Both the position numbers and the translations under genes were made by a program. Of a DNA stretch of 36,417 bases, positions 16,112 to 26,813 are shown piece by piece (within the stretch, counting starts at the first letter, position 1; every line of letters begins with the position of its first letter). The stretch spans positions 1 to 36,417 of the forward strand of contig CACYDB010000008.1 in the NCBI GenBank assembly GCA_902773035.1, written 5' to 3'. The notes beneath the pieces were generated by a model. That model worked only from the letters and a program-made list of their open reading frames with translations, was not told where the DNA came from and did no database searches. The stretch comes from an uncultured Ruminococcus sp. GTDB taxonomy: Bacteria; Bacillota; Clostridia; Oscillospirales; Acutalibacteraceae.

Positions 16112-18448
16112 TCAGATTACTCCTGTTACCCTGATTTCGCCGTTATCAACAGTCGCGTTGATTGCGGCGATTTCGCCGTCACGGTGAGCAATGAGCTCGT
16201 TTGTGACCTTGTCCTCGATATTCTTGCGGATAAAGTTGCGCAGGTCACGCGCTCCGCTTGTGCCCGAGGCGGCTTTTTCGGCGATATATTCGCACAGACT
16301 GTCGTCATAGGTGAAGCGAATACCCTTTTCGGCGAGAGGCTCAACATACTCGCTGAGCATAAGTCCCGCGATTTTGACGTAATCCTCACTCTTGAGCGAG
16401 CGGAAAACAATAATCTCATCAACTCGCGCGATAAACTCGGGACGAAGGAAATCGCGCAGACCCTTCATAACCTTTTCCTTAACAAAGTCGTCCTCCTGCT
16501 TACCGAAGCCCATAGCGTTCTCGCTTCTCTCTGAGCCGGCGTTGGAGGTCATTACGATTACGGTATTCTCAAAGCTGACGCTTCTGCCGTGAGCGTCGGT
16601 AACTCTGCCCTCGTCAAGAATCTGCAACAGAATGTTGAGGACATCGGGATGAGCCTTTTCGATCTCGTCAAAGAGGAGTACGGAATACGGACGGCGTCGA
16701 ACCTTTTCCGTAACCTGTCCAGCCTCGTCGTAGCCTACATATCCCGGAGGTGAGCCGATGATTTTGGAGACCGAATGCTTCTCCATAAACTCGGACATAT
16801 CGAGCCTGATAAGAGTCTCGGGAGTATCAAAGAGCTGCTGTGAGAGCACCTTGACAAGCTCGGTTTTACCTACGCCCGTAGGTCCTACGAATATGAACGA
16901 AGCAGGTCGTCTGCGCGGAGAAATCTGCACTCTGCTTCTGCGGATAGCGGCGGCGAGAGCCTCTACAGCCTCGTCCTGACCGATAATTTTCTTTTTGAGC
17001 TCGTCCTCTAAATCGGCGAGCTTGCTGAGCTCATTCTCTCGGATTCTGCTGGAGGGAATACCAGTCCAGAGCTCGATGACCTTCGCGATATCCTCCTCCT
17101 CGACGGGAGCGTTGACCTTTTCCATATCGATCTCGGAAAGCTCCTTGTCTACGCGCGCGATTTTTGAGCGGATATCGGCGATAGCCTCGTAGTTCTTCTC
17201 CTCCTCGCCCTCAAGCTCCGTAAGCTGCGCGCCGAATGAAGCCTTTGAGAGCATAAGCTTGTCAAAACGCTCCATCTCCTTATTTCTCAGCGCGGCGCAG
17301 GCGCAGCTTTCATCGAGAAGGTCAATCGCCTTATCGGGCAGGAAACGGTCGTTGATATATCTTTCGGAGAGAATTACTGTCTTGCGGACGATATCGTCGT
17401 TAACTATTACGCGGTGGTGAGCCTCGTAGTAGGACTTTACGCCCTTGATAACGTCGATTGTTTCGGCGATAGACGGCTCGCCGACCTTTACGGGCTGGAA
17501 GCGTCTCTCAAGCGCGGAGTCCTTCTCTATGTACTTTCTGTACTCGTTGAAGGTTGTCGCGCCGATTACCTGAACCTCGCCTCGTGAGAGAGCGGGCTTG
17601 AGGATATTAGCGGCATTCATAGTGCCCTCGTTATCTCCCGTGCCGACGAGAGAGTGGACCTCGTCGATAAAGATGATAATATTGCCTGCTTCCTTGATTT
17701 CAGCCATAAGACCTTTCATACGGCTTTCAAACTGACCTCTGAACTGTGTTCCTGCTACAAGCGCGGTGAGGTCGAGCATATAGATCTCCTTGCCCGCGAG
17801 TCTGAGAGGTACGTTGCCCGCGGCGATTCTGAGAGCAAGTCCCTCTGCGATAGCGGTTTTACCTACGCCGGGCTCACCGATAAGACAGGGATTGTTCTTT
17901 GTACGGCGCGAAAGAATCTGAATCACGCGCTCGATTTCCTTATCACGACCGACTATGTTGTCGATTCTGCCATCCTTAGCCTTTTCCGTGAGGTTCTCGC
18001 AGTAAAGGTTGAGGTGCTTGCGTTTTTTATCTGTCTTGCTTCTCTTGGAGCGGCGTTCCTTGCGCTCGGAGCCCTGATTATCAGTCGGCTGATTATTACC
18101 GCCGAAAAGATTGTTGAAGAACGGGAAGGTCGGAGCTCCGCCTGGGGTGAAGTTGCCGTTATCCTCGTTCTGCTCCTCAAACTTTTCCATCTGCTCGGCA
18201 AGGTTATCGACGTTCATACTCTCCATCATATTTTTCATTCCGTCGTCGGTCAGGAGATTATCCATCTGATCCTGAACCATCTCGAGATCGTCGTCGGAGA
18301 GTCCCATCTTGCTGATCAGATCCTCGACGGGCTTGATTCCTAGCTCCTTGGCGCAGGTAAGGCAGTAGCCCGTCGTAGGCGCCTCGGATGTGTTATTTTG
18401 TGATACAAAGACCACGGCGGGTCTTTTTCCGCATCTGGTGCAAATCAT
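16112..18448 (-). CDS. ATP-dependent Clp protease ATP-binding subunit (ClpC/ClpE class; ClpE-like N-terminal Zn finger)
   Basis: CTRC...CLTC N-terminus, two AAA+ modules ([16 protein letters not shown]), GSPPGYVGY, short coiled-coil middle region and MGF ClpP-binding-type loop. Confidence 0.95.
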   Translation of the reverse strand: MICTRCGKRPAVVFVSQNNTSEAPTTGYCLTCAKELGIKPVEDLISKMGLSDDDLEMVQDQMDNLLTDDGMKNMMESMNVDNLAEQMEKFEEQNEDNGNFTPGGAPTFPFFNNLFGGNNQPTDNQGSERKERRSKRSKTDKKRKHLNLYCENLTEKAKDGRIDNIVGRDKEIERVIQILSRRTKNNPCLIGEPGVGKTAIAEGLALRIAAGNVPLRLAGKEIYMLDLTALVAGTQFRGQFESRMKGLMAEIKEAGNIIIFIDEVHSLVGTGDNEGTMNAANILKPALSRGEVQVIGATTFNEYRKYIEKDSALERRFQPVKVGEPSIAETIDVIKGVKSYYEAHHRVIVNDDIVRKTVILSERYINDRFLPDKAIDLLDESCACAALRNKEMERFDKLMLSKASFGAQLTELEGEEEKNYEAIADIRSKIARVDKELSEIDMEKVNAPVEEEDIAKVIELWTGIPSSRIRENELSKLADLEDELKKKIIGQDEAVEALAAAIRRSRVQISPRRRPASFIFVGPTGVGKTELVKVLSQQLFDTPETLIRLDMSEFMEKHSVSKIIGSPPGYVGYDEAGQVTEKVRRRPYSVLLFDEIEKAHPDVLNILLQILDEGRVTDAHGRSVSFENTVIVMTSNAGSERSENAMGFGKQEDDFVKEKVMKGLRDFLRPEFIARVDEIIVFRSLKSEDYVKIAGLMLSEYVEPLAEKGIRFTYDDSLCEYIAEKAASGTSGARDLRNFIRKNIEDKVTNELIAHRDGEIAAINATVDNGEIRVTGVI

Positions 18449-18459
18449 AAATTTCTCCT

Positions 18460-19047
18460 TTAAATGTCCGCGTTATCAGCGGAACTGTCTTTATTCTTAA
18501 TAAGCTGTCTGAAAATCATTCCGTATCTTATCAGCGCGAAAACCATCATCGCGGTCGTCGCCGAAAGCAAAACGATTGACAGTATGTCGTTTTCATAGTT
18601 GAACGCCGCCTTTAAAAATACAATCAGGCAAACTGATACGTAAAACATAAAGGTTCCTGCTTTGCCGTACCATTTGGCAGCGGGAGGCGTGATTTTATAT
18701 TTAATGAGCCGTGAGCCGCCGATGAGCATAAGCAAATCCTTGACGATCAGAACGATCATCACCGGCATAACCACAGGCGTCAGGATCACCATACAAACCA
18801 TAATCGCGAACAGCGTAAGCTTGTCTGCGATAGGGTCGAGAATCTTGCCCAGCGGCGTAATCTGGTTAAAGGTTCTGGCGATAAAGCCGTCGAGGGCGTC
18901 GCTGATTCCCGATAGGATCAGAGCCACAGCGGCTAAGATATAATTCTTTTGCAGAAAAAAGATGATAAACGGCACGATAAGTACGATCCTGAAAAAGCTC
19001 AGAAGATTCGGTACCGTAAGTATATCCTTCCTTTTGATGTTCTTCAT
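18460..19047 (-). CDS. pgsA: CDP-alcohol phosphatidyltransferase (PgsA-like)
   Basis: TVPNLLSFFR and DALDGFIARTFNQITPLGKILDPIADK signature. Confidence 0.88.
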   Translation of the reverse strand: MKNIKRKDILTVPNLLSFFRIVLIVPFIIFFLQKNYILAAVALILSGISDALDGFIARTFNQITPLGKILDPIADKLTLFAIMVCMVILTPVVMPVMIVLIVKDLLMLIGGSRLIKYKITPPAAKWYGKAGTFMFYVSVCLIVFLKAAFNYENDILSIVLLSATTAMMVFALIRYGMIFRQLIKNKDSSADNADI

Positions 19048-19074
19048 ACAAATACCCCTAAAATAAAATCCTTA

Positions 19075-19851
19075 TCATTCAACCGTAGTCGGCTGCGACG
19101 ACGCCTGTGTAGCCTGTTCGACCACGGTATCGATCGTATCGTTCCCCGCGCCGAAAATCATCGCCGCCGAGTTCATAAAGTCCGAATAATAAACCGCCTT
19201 AAAAATTATACTCTGATCTATCATCTCGGGAGTTATCAGCGGCTCCGCGGTATACGGAAGAAGTACGCGGCAGGCAAGTATCGCTACAAGACAAATCGCG
19301 GCGCCCTCCAGAAATCCGAGCGTACCTCCGAGCAGGCGGTTGACCGCGCTGATAACAGGCAAGTCGAACAGTCTTACGAGCCTGCGCGCGATAAACTTGC
19401 AGATAATCAAAAAAACTATAAACATAACCACAAGCAACACTACGCTCAGAACCGAGATAACGACGGGAGAAATCGTATCGTCAACAGTCTTAGCCAAAGC
19501 GTCGGAGTTATTCTGAACAGCCTGAGCCGCCGAATCGTTAAAGGCGTCGGTCCGGATCCCGAAGGTCGAAAGCAAGCCCTTGATAAAATCGGGCAGGTTG
19601 TCGATAGCCTCCTGAGAGATGATCTCCGCGTTCTGAGCCGAGTTGGAAACGGTTTCCGAAACGCTCTCGGTAACTGTCCTCGAGATAAAAGCGGAATAAA
19701 TCCAGCCCGCAACAAGCTTGCTTCCGATGTACGCCAGCAAGCCCGCGGCGGCAACGCTCAAAAGATTCAGAAGCGTCGCGGCAATTCCCCGCTTTATCCC
19801 GACAATCACAAGTATCGCGATAAACGCGACAATTATAATATCTAAAATCAT
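19075..19851 (-). CDS. CvpA (colicin V production) family membrane protein
   Basis: MILDIIIV...GIKRG N-terminus and VNRLLGGTLGFLEG motif. Confidence 0.85.
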   Translation of the reverse strand: MILDIIIVAFIAILVIVGIKRGIAATLLNLLSVAAAGLLAYIGSKLVAGWIYSAFISRTVTESVSETVSNSAQNAEIISQEAIDNLPDFIKGLLSTFGIRTDAFNDSAAQAVQNNSDALAKTVDDTISPVVISVLSVVLLVVMFIVFLIICKFIARRLVRLFDLPVISAVNRLLGGTLGFLEGAAICLVAILACRVLLPYTAEPLITPEMIDQSIIFKAVYYSDFMNSAAMIFGAGNDTIDTVVEQATQASSQPTTVE

Positions 19852-19877
19852 ATTGTCCTCATAAATTCCGTATTCAA

Positions 19878-21143
19878 TTAATCACGCGCCACAATCTTGC
19901 GGATCTCGTTGATTCCGAGAATGTAAACGCTGTCGGTATTCTCAAGCTTAATCGCCTTTGCGCCCGTACCCGCGTCAACATCACCCTTGGCGTTGCCCTC
20001 GGTGTCGAAGAAATAGCATCTGTTTGAATCAAGCACAGCCACGCGGTTTTTGTAAATGCTGATTGACTGGATCATACGCTTGGTATCGTTGACGTTAATG
20101 ATCTCGCCGTAGATATTCACGTAGTTGATCGAGCATTTACGTCCGTCAGCCGAGCGCGAAAGTGAGAGCGCGAATGTGTTTGTGTTGGGATCGATATCAT
20201 AAGCGGTGAGCTGTTTATTTCCGTACTCGACCTCGGTGAGCTTAGCGCCGCGGATATCGAGAGTATAGGCGGCGTCGGAGCCGATTATACAAACCGAGTT
20301 CGAGTTAAAATACTCGCACTCATAGGCTGTCGTTTCGTCGAGTGAATAAGTGGCCACAGGCTCCTTCTCAGAGAAGTCCAGCACATACGCTATTCCGAGC
20401 AGGCTTCCGTTGTCGCCCGTAACGCCGCAGGCTACACAGCCCGTACCGTTGGGATTGAGCGAAACAGAATTTATGTAATACTCTGAGAACGAATAAGCGT
20501 AGAGCTTTTCTCCTTTGTTATTAAAAACGTGAAGTTTTGAGAGATAACCGTCTGTCTGGGTGACAACGCAGTAGTAGCCCTGAGAGTTGATGTCCGCGGT
20601 AATGACGTAGTTATCCGTATTCTTGATGTCGTTGAGCTTGTCCTTTGTGCCGACGACATAACCGTTTCCGCCGAGGTTATAGATTATAACGTTGTTAGCG
20701 GAGGTCTCGAGCACGGGTTTTGAAAAGCTGTGCTGATTATAGCCGATTTCATTTCCCTCACTGCTCACCGAAGCGTAGCTTGTATCGGAAACGTAGCTTA
20801 CATCGCCGTCGCACTTGAAGTTGCCGGGAGTAACGTTTGAGCCGATGATTTGAACGGGAAAGCCATTGTCGGACGATCCGATAACGTCGTATTTCACCCA
20901 GTTTGAAATCTTCTCGGGAGTAAACGCGTCACGGTTCGCGATAGCGAAAATTATAAGTCCCATAACCACGATAACCGCCGCGATAATAAGAATACGCTTT
21001 ACCGCTACGCGTGAGATTTGAGTTCTCTCGTCATTATATTCGTCGAGCGGCACGTCCTCGTAGCTCAGCACAACACGCGCCGTTCTTTTTCTTTTGTCAA
21101 CATTTCGGTCGCTGTAGCGCCCGCCTTTTTTCCTAAATATCAT
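19878..21143 (-). CDS. DUF5711-like membrane-anchored beta-propeller protein
   Basis: One TM helix, then a beta-rich repetitive domain; located upstream of CvpA as is typical in Clostridia. Confidence 0.7.
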   Translation of the reverse strand: MIFRKKGGRYSDRNVDKRKRTARVVLSYEDVPLDEYNDERTQISRVAVKRILIIAAVIVVMGLIIFAIANRDAFTPEKISNWVKYDVIGSSDNGFPVQIIGSNVTPGNFKCDGDVSYVSDTSYASVSSEGNEIGYNQHSFSKPVLETSANNVIIYNLGGNGYVVGTKDKLNDIKNTDNYVITADINSQGYYCVVTQTDGYLSKLHVFNNKGEKLYAYSFSEYYINSVSLNPNGTGCVACGVTGDNGSLLGIAYVLDFSEKEPVATYSLDETTAYECEYFNSNSVCIIGSDAAYTLDIRGAKLTEVEYGNKQLTAYDIDPNTNTFALSLSRSADGRKCSINYVNIYGEIINVNDTKRMIQSISIYKNRVAVLDSNRCYFFDTEGNAKGDVDAGTGAKAIKLENTDSVYILGINEIRKIVARD

Positions 21144-21151
21144 TTTAAATT

Positions 21152-21254
21152 TCCTCGTCAGTCTCAGTGTGCCTCTGTCTGAGGTTTCTTCTCCCCCGCA
21201 CTTTTCGTTCCTCTTATGGTCTGCTGCGATGGGAAAAGTTCTGCTCCTTTGTTT
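21152..21254. repeat. ~103-bp dispersed repeat, copy 1
   Basis: Shares CTCAGTGTGCCTCTGTCT, TTCTTCTCCCCCG, GTTCCTC and GGTCTGCT with the copies at 26578 and 26681. Confidence 0.9.
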
Positions 21255-21367
21255 AATCTTTTAATCAGACTTTTATGTAACTATAGCGCGGCGTTACCTG
21301 TACATCATAGATACCGTCGGGCAATTAACATTTATATTATAACAATCTATCTGCGCGAGATAAAAAA

Positions 21368-22132
21368 TTAATAAAACACCTTATCGAGATACAGTCCGCA
21401 CGCCTGAGCGGTTACGCCCGCCGCGGCTCTGTCCTTCTTCTCCAAAATATCGGGAATAGCGTCCTCGGCTATCCTTCCCTGAGAGATCTCAAGCAGAGTT
21501 CCGACCATTATCCGCACCATATTGTACAGAAAACCGTCAGCCTCAACGGTCATAGTCACGAGCTTTCCCTCGCGCTCGACCGAGAACATCTTAACATTTC
21601 TTACCATATCGCCCTTCTCGCGCTTATCGGCGGTACAAAACGACTCAAAGTTATGACTGCCGACATACGCCTGAGCCGCTTTATTCAGCATATCCACATC
21701 AAGCGGATATCGGTATTTTAGCGCGTAGCCGTTGAGAAACGGATTCCTCACGGCGCTGTTCCAGATCTTATAAACATACCTCTTACCCTTACAGTCGTAG
21801 CGCGCGTGAAAGTCGGGAGCGACCTCCCTGCAATCAAGGCACGCGACTGTATCGGGCAGATAACTGTTGAGCGCCGAAATAAGTCTTTCGGCAGGGATCG
21901 GATGCGCGATTTTAACGCTTACGCAGTACATATTCGCGTGAACTCCGCTGTCGGTACGACTGCACCCCTTGAGGTCGCGAAACTCGCCGACGATCCTGCG
22001 AAGCGCCTCCTGAAAAACCTCCTGAACAGTCAATGCGTTTTCCTGAATCTGCCAGCCGTGATATTCTCTGCCGTCGTATTGAATTGTTATCAGTAGATTT
22101 CTCAGATTATCGGAGCAAGAAAGATGTTGCAT
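21368..22132 (-). CDS. truA: tRNA pseudouridine(38-40) synthase
   Basis: YDGREYHGWQ, GCSRTDSGVHA, FHARY and GFLYNMVR. Start is either ATG 22132 or CTG 22105. Confidence 0.96.
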   Translation of the reverse strand: MQHLSCSDNLRNLLITIQYDGREYHGWQIQENALTVQEVFQEALRRIVGEFRDLKGCSRTDSGVHANMYCVSVKIAHPIPAERLISALNSYLPDTVACLDCREVAPDFHARYDCKGKRYVYKIWNSAVRNPFLNGYALKYRYPLDVDMLNKAAQAYVGSHNFESFCTADKREKGDMVRNVKMFSVEREGKLVTMTVEADGFLYNMVRIMVGTLLEISQGRIAEDAIPDILEKKDRAAAGVTAQACGLYLDKVFY

Positions 22133-22914
22133 AAAATAATTCCCGTAAGAAGCAGGCACGACAGTATAACAGAAACATAGTCGAGCGGCTTCATATGAAG
22201 TGTTTTCATACGCGTTCTGCCGTCTCCGCCGCGATAACAGCGGCATTCCATAGCTACGGCGAGCTCATACGCGCGCCTGAACGCCGATACAAAAAGCGGA
22301 ATCAGCACAGGAGTCATAGCCTTTATTTTCTTAATAAAGCCTCCTGACTCCATATCGGCTCCCCTCGCCTTCTGAGCCGACATGATCTTATCGGTCTCCT
22401 CGAGCAGAGTCGGAACAAATCTCAGCGCGATCGTCATCATCATAGCGATTTCATGAACCTTTACGTGAAGAACCTTCAGCGGCTTCATCAGCCGTTCGAT
22501 CGCGTCTGTCAGATCGGTCGGAGTTGTCGTAAACGTAAGGCAGGAGCTTAAAAGGATCAGCAGCACGATCCTCACGGATACGAATATCGCGCGGTAAATA
22601 CCCGACAGCGAGATTTTAATTATTCCCCATTCAAAAATCGGGTCGCCGCCGCCGTAAAAAATATTGAGCAAGGAGGTGATCAGCACGATAATGATTACAA
22701 CCTTCAGGCTCTTTACATACATCCTGAACGGTATACCTGACAGCAGTATGACCGCTATCGTCGCCGCGCTGACAATAGCGAGCGACACGAAATTAAAGGT
22801 ACAGAAAACAAATACGATATACGCGATCAAGAGTACGATTTTTATTCTCGGGTCAAGCCTGTGGATAACGCTCTTTCCGGGCATAAACTGACCGAAGCTT
22901 ACATCTCTGATCAT
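22102..22914 (-). CDS. ecfT: ECF transporter transmembrane component T
   Basis: HRLDPRIK, ALRFVPTL, QKARG and AMECRCY motifs. Confidence 0.95.
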   Translation of the reverse strand: MIRDVSFGQFMPGKSVIHRLDPRIKIVLLIAYIVFVFCTFNFVSLAIVSAATIAVILLSGIPFRMYVKSLKVVIIIVLITSLLNIFYGGGDPIFEWGIIKISLSGIYRAIFVSVRIVLLILLSSCLTFTTTPTDLTDAIERLMKPLKVLHVKVHEIAMMMTIALRFVPTLLEETDKIMSAQKARGADMESGGFIKKIKAMTPVLIPLFVSAFRRAYELAVAMECRCYRGGDGRTRMKTLHMKPLDYVSVILSCLLLTGIILCNIFLAPII

Positions 22915-23774
22915 AGCTTGCCCTCCTTTTTGAGAAGGCTCAGAACCTCGTCAAACGCCTGACCGACGGTAAGGATCCCGTCGGAAAAGTCATAGCCCTT
23001 CTCCCTGAGGATCGTCATAACGCGGGTTATCTGAGGCACCCTCAGTCCCATACGCTCAAGCTCCTCTACGCGTGAGAACACTGCGCGCGGAGTGTCGAGC
23101 ATTTCAAGCTTGCCGCGGTTCATAACCATGATCCTGTCCGCGACTCTCGCGACGTCCTCCATACTGTGAGATACAAGTATAATGGTATTCTTTCTCTCCC
23201 TGTGGTAGCCTATGATCTGCGAGAGCAGAAGGTCTCTGCCCTTTGGATCAAGTCCCGCGGTAGGCTCGTCAAGCACAAGCACGTCGGGATCCATAGCGAT
23301 TACGCCTGCTATGGCGGCTCTGCGCTTCTCACCGCCCGATAAATCAAAGGGCGATTTGTCGAGGAGCCTGTCGTTTAGCGACACGAACCTCGCGGCGCGT
23401 CTTACTGTTTTATCTAAATCATCTCCGCTCAGTCCCTTGTTAGCGGGGCCGAAGGAGATATCCTTGTAAACTGTTTCATCAAAAAGCTGGTACTCGGGAT
23501 ACTGGAAAACCATACCGACCTTGAACCTTACCTTGCGGATTTCCTTGGGCTTTTCCCAGATATCCTTGCCCTCTAAAAGCACCTGACCTTCGGTTGGCTT
23601 GATCAAACCGTTGAGCGTCTGCACAAAGGTGCTCTTGCCCGAGCCCGTATGGCCGATAAGTCCGATGATCTCTCCTTCATTGATCGAAAGGCTGAGATCA
23701 TCGACCGCCTTTTTTTCAAAAGGTGTGCCTATTCCGTAGGTGAAGCTCAGATTTTTGACCTCTATCAAGCTCAT
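22911..23774 (-). CDS. ecfA2: ECF transporter ATPase A2
   Basis: [23 protein letters not shown] and [12 protein letters not shown]. Confidence 0.95.
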   Translation of the reverse strand: MSLIEVKNLSFTYGIGTPFEKKAVDDLSLSINEGEIIGLIGHTGSGKSTFVQTLNGLIKPTEGQVLLEGKDIWEKPKEIRKVRFKVGMVFQYPEYQLFDETVYKDISFGPANKGLSGDDLDKTVRRAARFVSLNDRLLDKSPFDLSGGEKRRAAIAGVIAMDPDVLVLDEPTAGLDPKGRDLLLSQIIGYHRERKNTIILVSHSMEDVARVADRIMVMNRGKLEMLDTPRAVFSRVEELERMGLRVPQITRVMTILREKGYDFSDGILTVGQAFDEVLSLLKKEGKL

Positions 23775-24598
23775 TTAAGCACCCCCTCGAGAAATTCAAC
23801 ACATTCCTCTGCGTTGAGGGGCATTTTGGTAAAGCGTACTCCCGCGCCGATAAGTCTGTAGGCGAGCTCAGTCGCCTGCGGCACGTCAAGGCTGTGACGC
23901 TTCAAAAGCGGAACCTCTGAGAACACTTCTCTCGGAGTTCCCTCGATCAAAACCTTGCCGCCGTCCATAACAATAACTCTGTCGGCAAGCACCGCTTCGT
24001 TCATATAATGAGTGATCAGTACGATTGTAATTCCCTGCTCCTTCAGCGACTGAATGGCGCTCATAACCTCTTCTCTGCCGCTCGGGTCGAGCATAGCCGT
24101 AGGCTCGTCAAAAACTATACAGCTCGGGCGCATGGCGAGTATTCCCGCGATCGCCACCCTCTGCTTCTGACCTCCCGAAAGCTTATGCGGAGCGTGAGTA
24201 CGGTACTCATACATACCGACTGCTTTAAGACTCTCGTCAACCCTCTTTCTGATTTCCTCGGGCTCAATGCCGAGGTTCTCGGGTCCGAAGGCGACGTCCT
24301 CCTCAATAATGCTCGCGACAAGCTGATTGTCGGGATTCTGGAGCACCAGTCCGATATTGGAGCGGATATCATAGGTGAGCTCCTCGTCCGCCGTATTCAT
24401 ACCCTCAACGTACACAACGCCGTCGTTTGGCAGAAGCATAGCGTTGAGCAGCTTGGCGACTGTGGATTTTCCGCAGCCGTTATGACCCAGCAGGGCGACA
24501 AACTCGCCTTTTTCAATTTTCAGGCTAAAATCGTCGAGGACGTTTTTATTCGCCTCGCTATATGAAAAGCTGACATTTTCAGCCGATATAAAACTCAT
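23771..24598 (-). CDS. ecfA1: ECF transporter ATPase A1
   Basis: [15 protein letters not shown] and [13 protein letters not shown]. Confidence 0.95.
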   Translation of the reverse strand: MSFISAENVSFSYSEANKNVLDDFSLKIEKGEFVALLGHNGCGKSTVAKLLNAMLLPNDGVVYVEGMNTADEELTYDIRSNIGLVLQNPDNQLVASIIEEDVAFGPENLGIEPEEIRKRVDESLKAVGMYEYRTHAPHKLSGGQKQRVAIAGILAMRPSCIVFDEPTAMLDPSGREEVMSAIQSLKEQGITIVLITHYMNEAVLADRVIVMDGGKVLIEGTPREVFSEVPLLKRHSLDVPQATELAYRLIGAGVRFTKMPLNAEECVEFLEGVLK

Positions 24599-25462
24599 TT
24601 ATTTCTCCCAGATAACAGTAGAGCCGCATGGCAGACACATTCCTGTCTCAGTTACCTTGAGACCGATTTCGTCCGCGCTGACCTTACCGCCGAAGCGGCT
24701 GACAAGCTCTACGTTAAGCAAATACTCCATAACTGCGGGCGACAGACCCGTCGTGTAGGAATTCAAAATCAAAAACGATGGGTTATCGCTCATTACCTTA
24801 ATACATAATTCTATAAAAGAATAAATCTGTTCTTCTATCTTCCAGACCTCGCCGCCGGGGCCTCTGCCGTAGCTTGGAGGATCCATAATAATGCCGTCGT
24901 ACTTATTGCCGCGTCTTACCTCACGATTGACAAACTTTACGCAGTCGTCAACCAGCCATCTGACAGGCTTATCGGCAAGCTTTGAGCTCTGAGCGTTTTC
25001 CTTAGCCCAGTTGACCATACCCTTGCTGGCGTCAACGTGGCACACCTTCGCCCCCGCGTCCATAGCGGCAAGCGTCGCGCAGCCCGTATAGCCAAACAGA
25101 TTCAGAATATTCAGCGGACGGTTTTCCGCCTTGATTCTGTCCTGAACCCATTCCCAGTTAACCGCCTGCTCGGGAAAAACTCCCGTATGCTTAAAGCCCA
25201 TGGGCTTGACGTTGAAGGTCAGGTTCTTGAATCTGATGCTCCAGCTCTGCGGCACCTTCTTGTACATTTCCCAATGGCCTCCGCCCTTATTTGAGCGGTG
25301 ATAACGCGCGTGAGCGTTTTTCCAGAGGGGATTTTTCTTTTTTGAGGACCAAATGATCTGAGGGTCGGGGCGTATAAGGATTATATCTCCCCACCGCTCT
25401 AGCCTTTCGCCGTCGGAACAGTCGATAAGCTCGTAGTCCTTCCAGTTATCAGTAGCTCTCAT
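24599..25462 (-). CDS. Class I SAM-dependent methyltransferase (RlmI/RlmK-like)
   Basis: FKHTGVFPEQ, LNLFGYTG and MDPPSYGRG motifs. Confidence 0.88.
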   Translation of the reverse strand: MRATDNWKDYELIDCSDGERLERWGDIILIRPDPQIIWSSKKKNPLWKNAHARYHRSNKGGGHWEMYKKVPQSWSIRFKNLTFNVKPMGFKHTGVFPEQAVNWEWVQDRIKAENRPLNILNLFGYTGCATLAAMDAGAKVCHVDASKGMVNWAKENAQSSKLADKPVRWLVDDCVKFVNREVRRGNKYDGIIMDPPSYGRGPGGEVWKIEEQIYSFIELCIKVMSDNPSFLILNSYTTGLSPAVMEYLLNVELVSRFGGKVSADEIGLKVTETGMCLPCGSTVIWEK

Positions 25463-25498
25463 TATGAAAGTCTCTTTTCTCTCAATTAGTCTGCCCCG

Positions 25499-26566
25499 TT
25501 ATTCGTCAAATAACGTAGGCTGCGAGGGCTTTACTCCCGCGGGGAAGCTCAGTCCCAGATGCTCGCAGGCGGCGGCTGTAATACAGCGTCCGCGCGGCGT
25601 GCGGCTCAGAAAACCGATCTGCATAAGATACGGCTCGTAAACGTCCTCGATCGTCACGGCTTCCTCGCCTATTGCGGCGGCAAGCGTTTCAAGTCCTACG
25701 GGGCCTCCGTTATAGAACTTTACGATAGCCTCCAGCATTCTGCGGTCATTATTGTCGAGTCCGAGCTCGTCAACTCCGAGTCTTTCAAGCGCGACCTGAG
25801 CTGTTTCAAGCGTAATCACGCCGTCGGAAAGCACCTGCGCGAAGTCGCGTACACGCTTGAGGAATCTATTCGCGATACGCGGCGTGCCTCTTGAACGCGA
25901 TGCGATTTCGACCGCGCCGTCGTGCTCGATCTCTATTCCGAGGATCCCTGCGCTTCTCTCGACGATCAGCGCGAGCTCCTCCGTCGTATACAATTCCAGT
26001 CTGAGAACAACGCCGAAGCGGTCTCTCAGCGGAGCGGTAAGCTGACCTGCTCTTGTAGTCGCGCCTACCAGCGTAAACTTCGGAAGCGGCAGATGATACG
26101 AGGTCGCCATCTGTCCCTTACCGGTGATTATATCAATCGCGAAGTCCTCCATCGAAGGATACAAAATTTCCTCAACCGCGCGGCTGAGGCGGTGGATCTC
26201 GTCGATAAAAAGTACATCGCCTGGATTGAGATTAGTCAACAGCGACGCCAAGTCTCCGGGCTTTTCAATCGCGGGACCCGAGGTTATCCTCACCGAAACT
26301 CCGAGCTCGTTCGCGATAATTCCCGAGAGCGTGGTCTTACCCAGTCCGGGAGGGCCGTACAACAGCACGTGGTCGAGTGATTCTCCGCGCTGCTTGGCGG
26401 CGTCGATAAACACTCTCAGGTTTTCCTTTACGGTCTCCTGACCTATATAATCATCAAGCGTTCTCGGACGGAGCGGATTTTCATTATCTCCGCTCTCCCC
26501 GGGAATCTCTGAGGTATCAACTATTCTGTTTTCAAAATCAAACTCATCCGAAAATTCAATACTCAT
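25499..26566 (-). CDS. ruvB: Holliday junction branch-migration helicase RuvB
   Basis: [28 protein letters not shown] and [13 protein letters not shown] at 26566 follows GAGGA. Confidence 0.98.
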   Translation of the reverse strand: MSIEFSDEFDFENRIVDTSEIPGESGDNENPLRPRTLDDYIGQETVKENLRVFIDAAKQRGESLDHVLLYGPPGLGKTTLSGIIANELGVSVRITSGPAIEKPGDLASLLTNLNPGDVLFIDEIHRLSRAVEEILYPSMEDFAIDIITGKGQMATSYHLPLPKFTLVGATTRAGQLTAPLRDRFGVVLRLELYTTEELALIVERSAGILGIEIEHDGAVEIASRSRGTPRIANRFLKRVRDFAQVLSDGVITLETAQVALERLGVDELGLDNNDRRMLEAIVKFYNGGPVGLETLAAAIGEEAVTIEDVYEPYLMQIGFLSRTPRGRCITAAACEHLGLSFPAGVKPSQPTLFDE

Positions 26567-26577
26567 TTTTTTATATG

Positions 26578-26783
26578 TCCTCGTCAAACTCAGTGTGCCT
26601 CTGTCTATTGCTTCTTCTCCCCCGTACCGTCTGTTCCTCGGAAGGTCTGCTACGGGAGGATAAGCTCTGCGTTTTAAATATCTTCGTCAAACTCAGTGTG
26701 CCTCTGTCTGATGCTTCTTCTCCCCCGTACCGTCAGTTCCTCTTATGGTCTGCTGCGGGAAAAGAGGTTCTACTCCTTTGTTT
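26578..26783. repeat. ~103-bp dispersed repeat, tandem copies 2 (26578-~26670) and 3 (26681-26783)
   Basis: Direct tandem with period 103; homologous to 21152-21254. Confidence 0.92.
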
Positions 26784-26813
26784 GATTATTAACCCAGCAT
26801 AAGTCTATACTTT

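Noticed and set aside
21152-21215. Hammerhead ribozyme (GAAA...CTGACGA on the minus strand) or glmS ribozyme (TTGACGAGG) in the 103-bp repeat
   Set aside because: CTGACGA and GAAA are not conserved in copies 2 and 3, there is no proper UH cleavage site, and the remaining glmS core and a glmS gene are absent.
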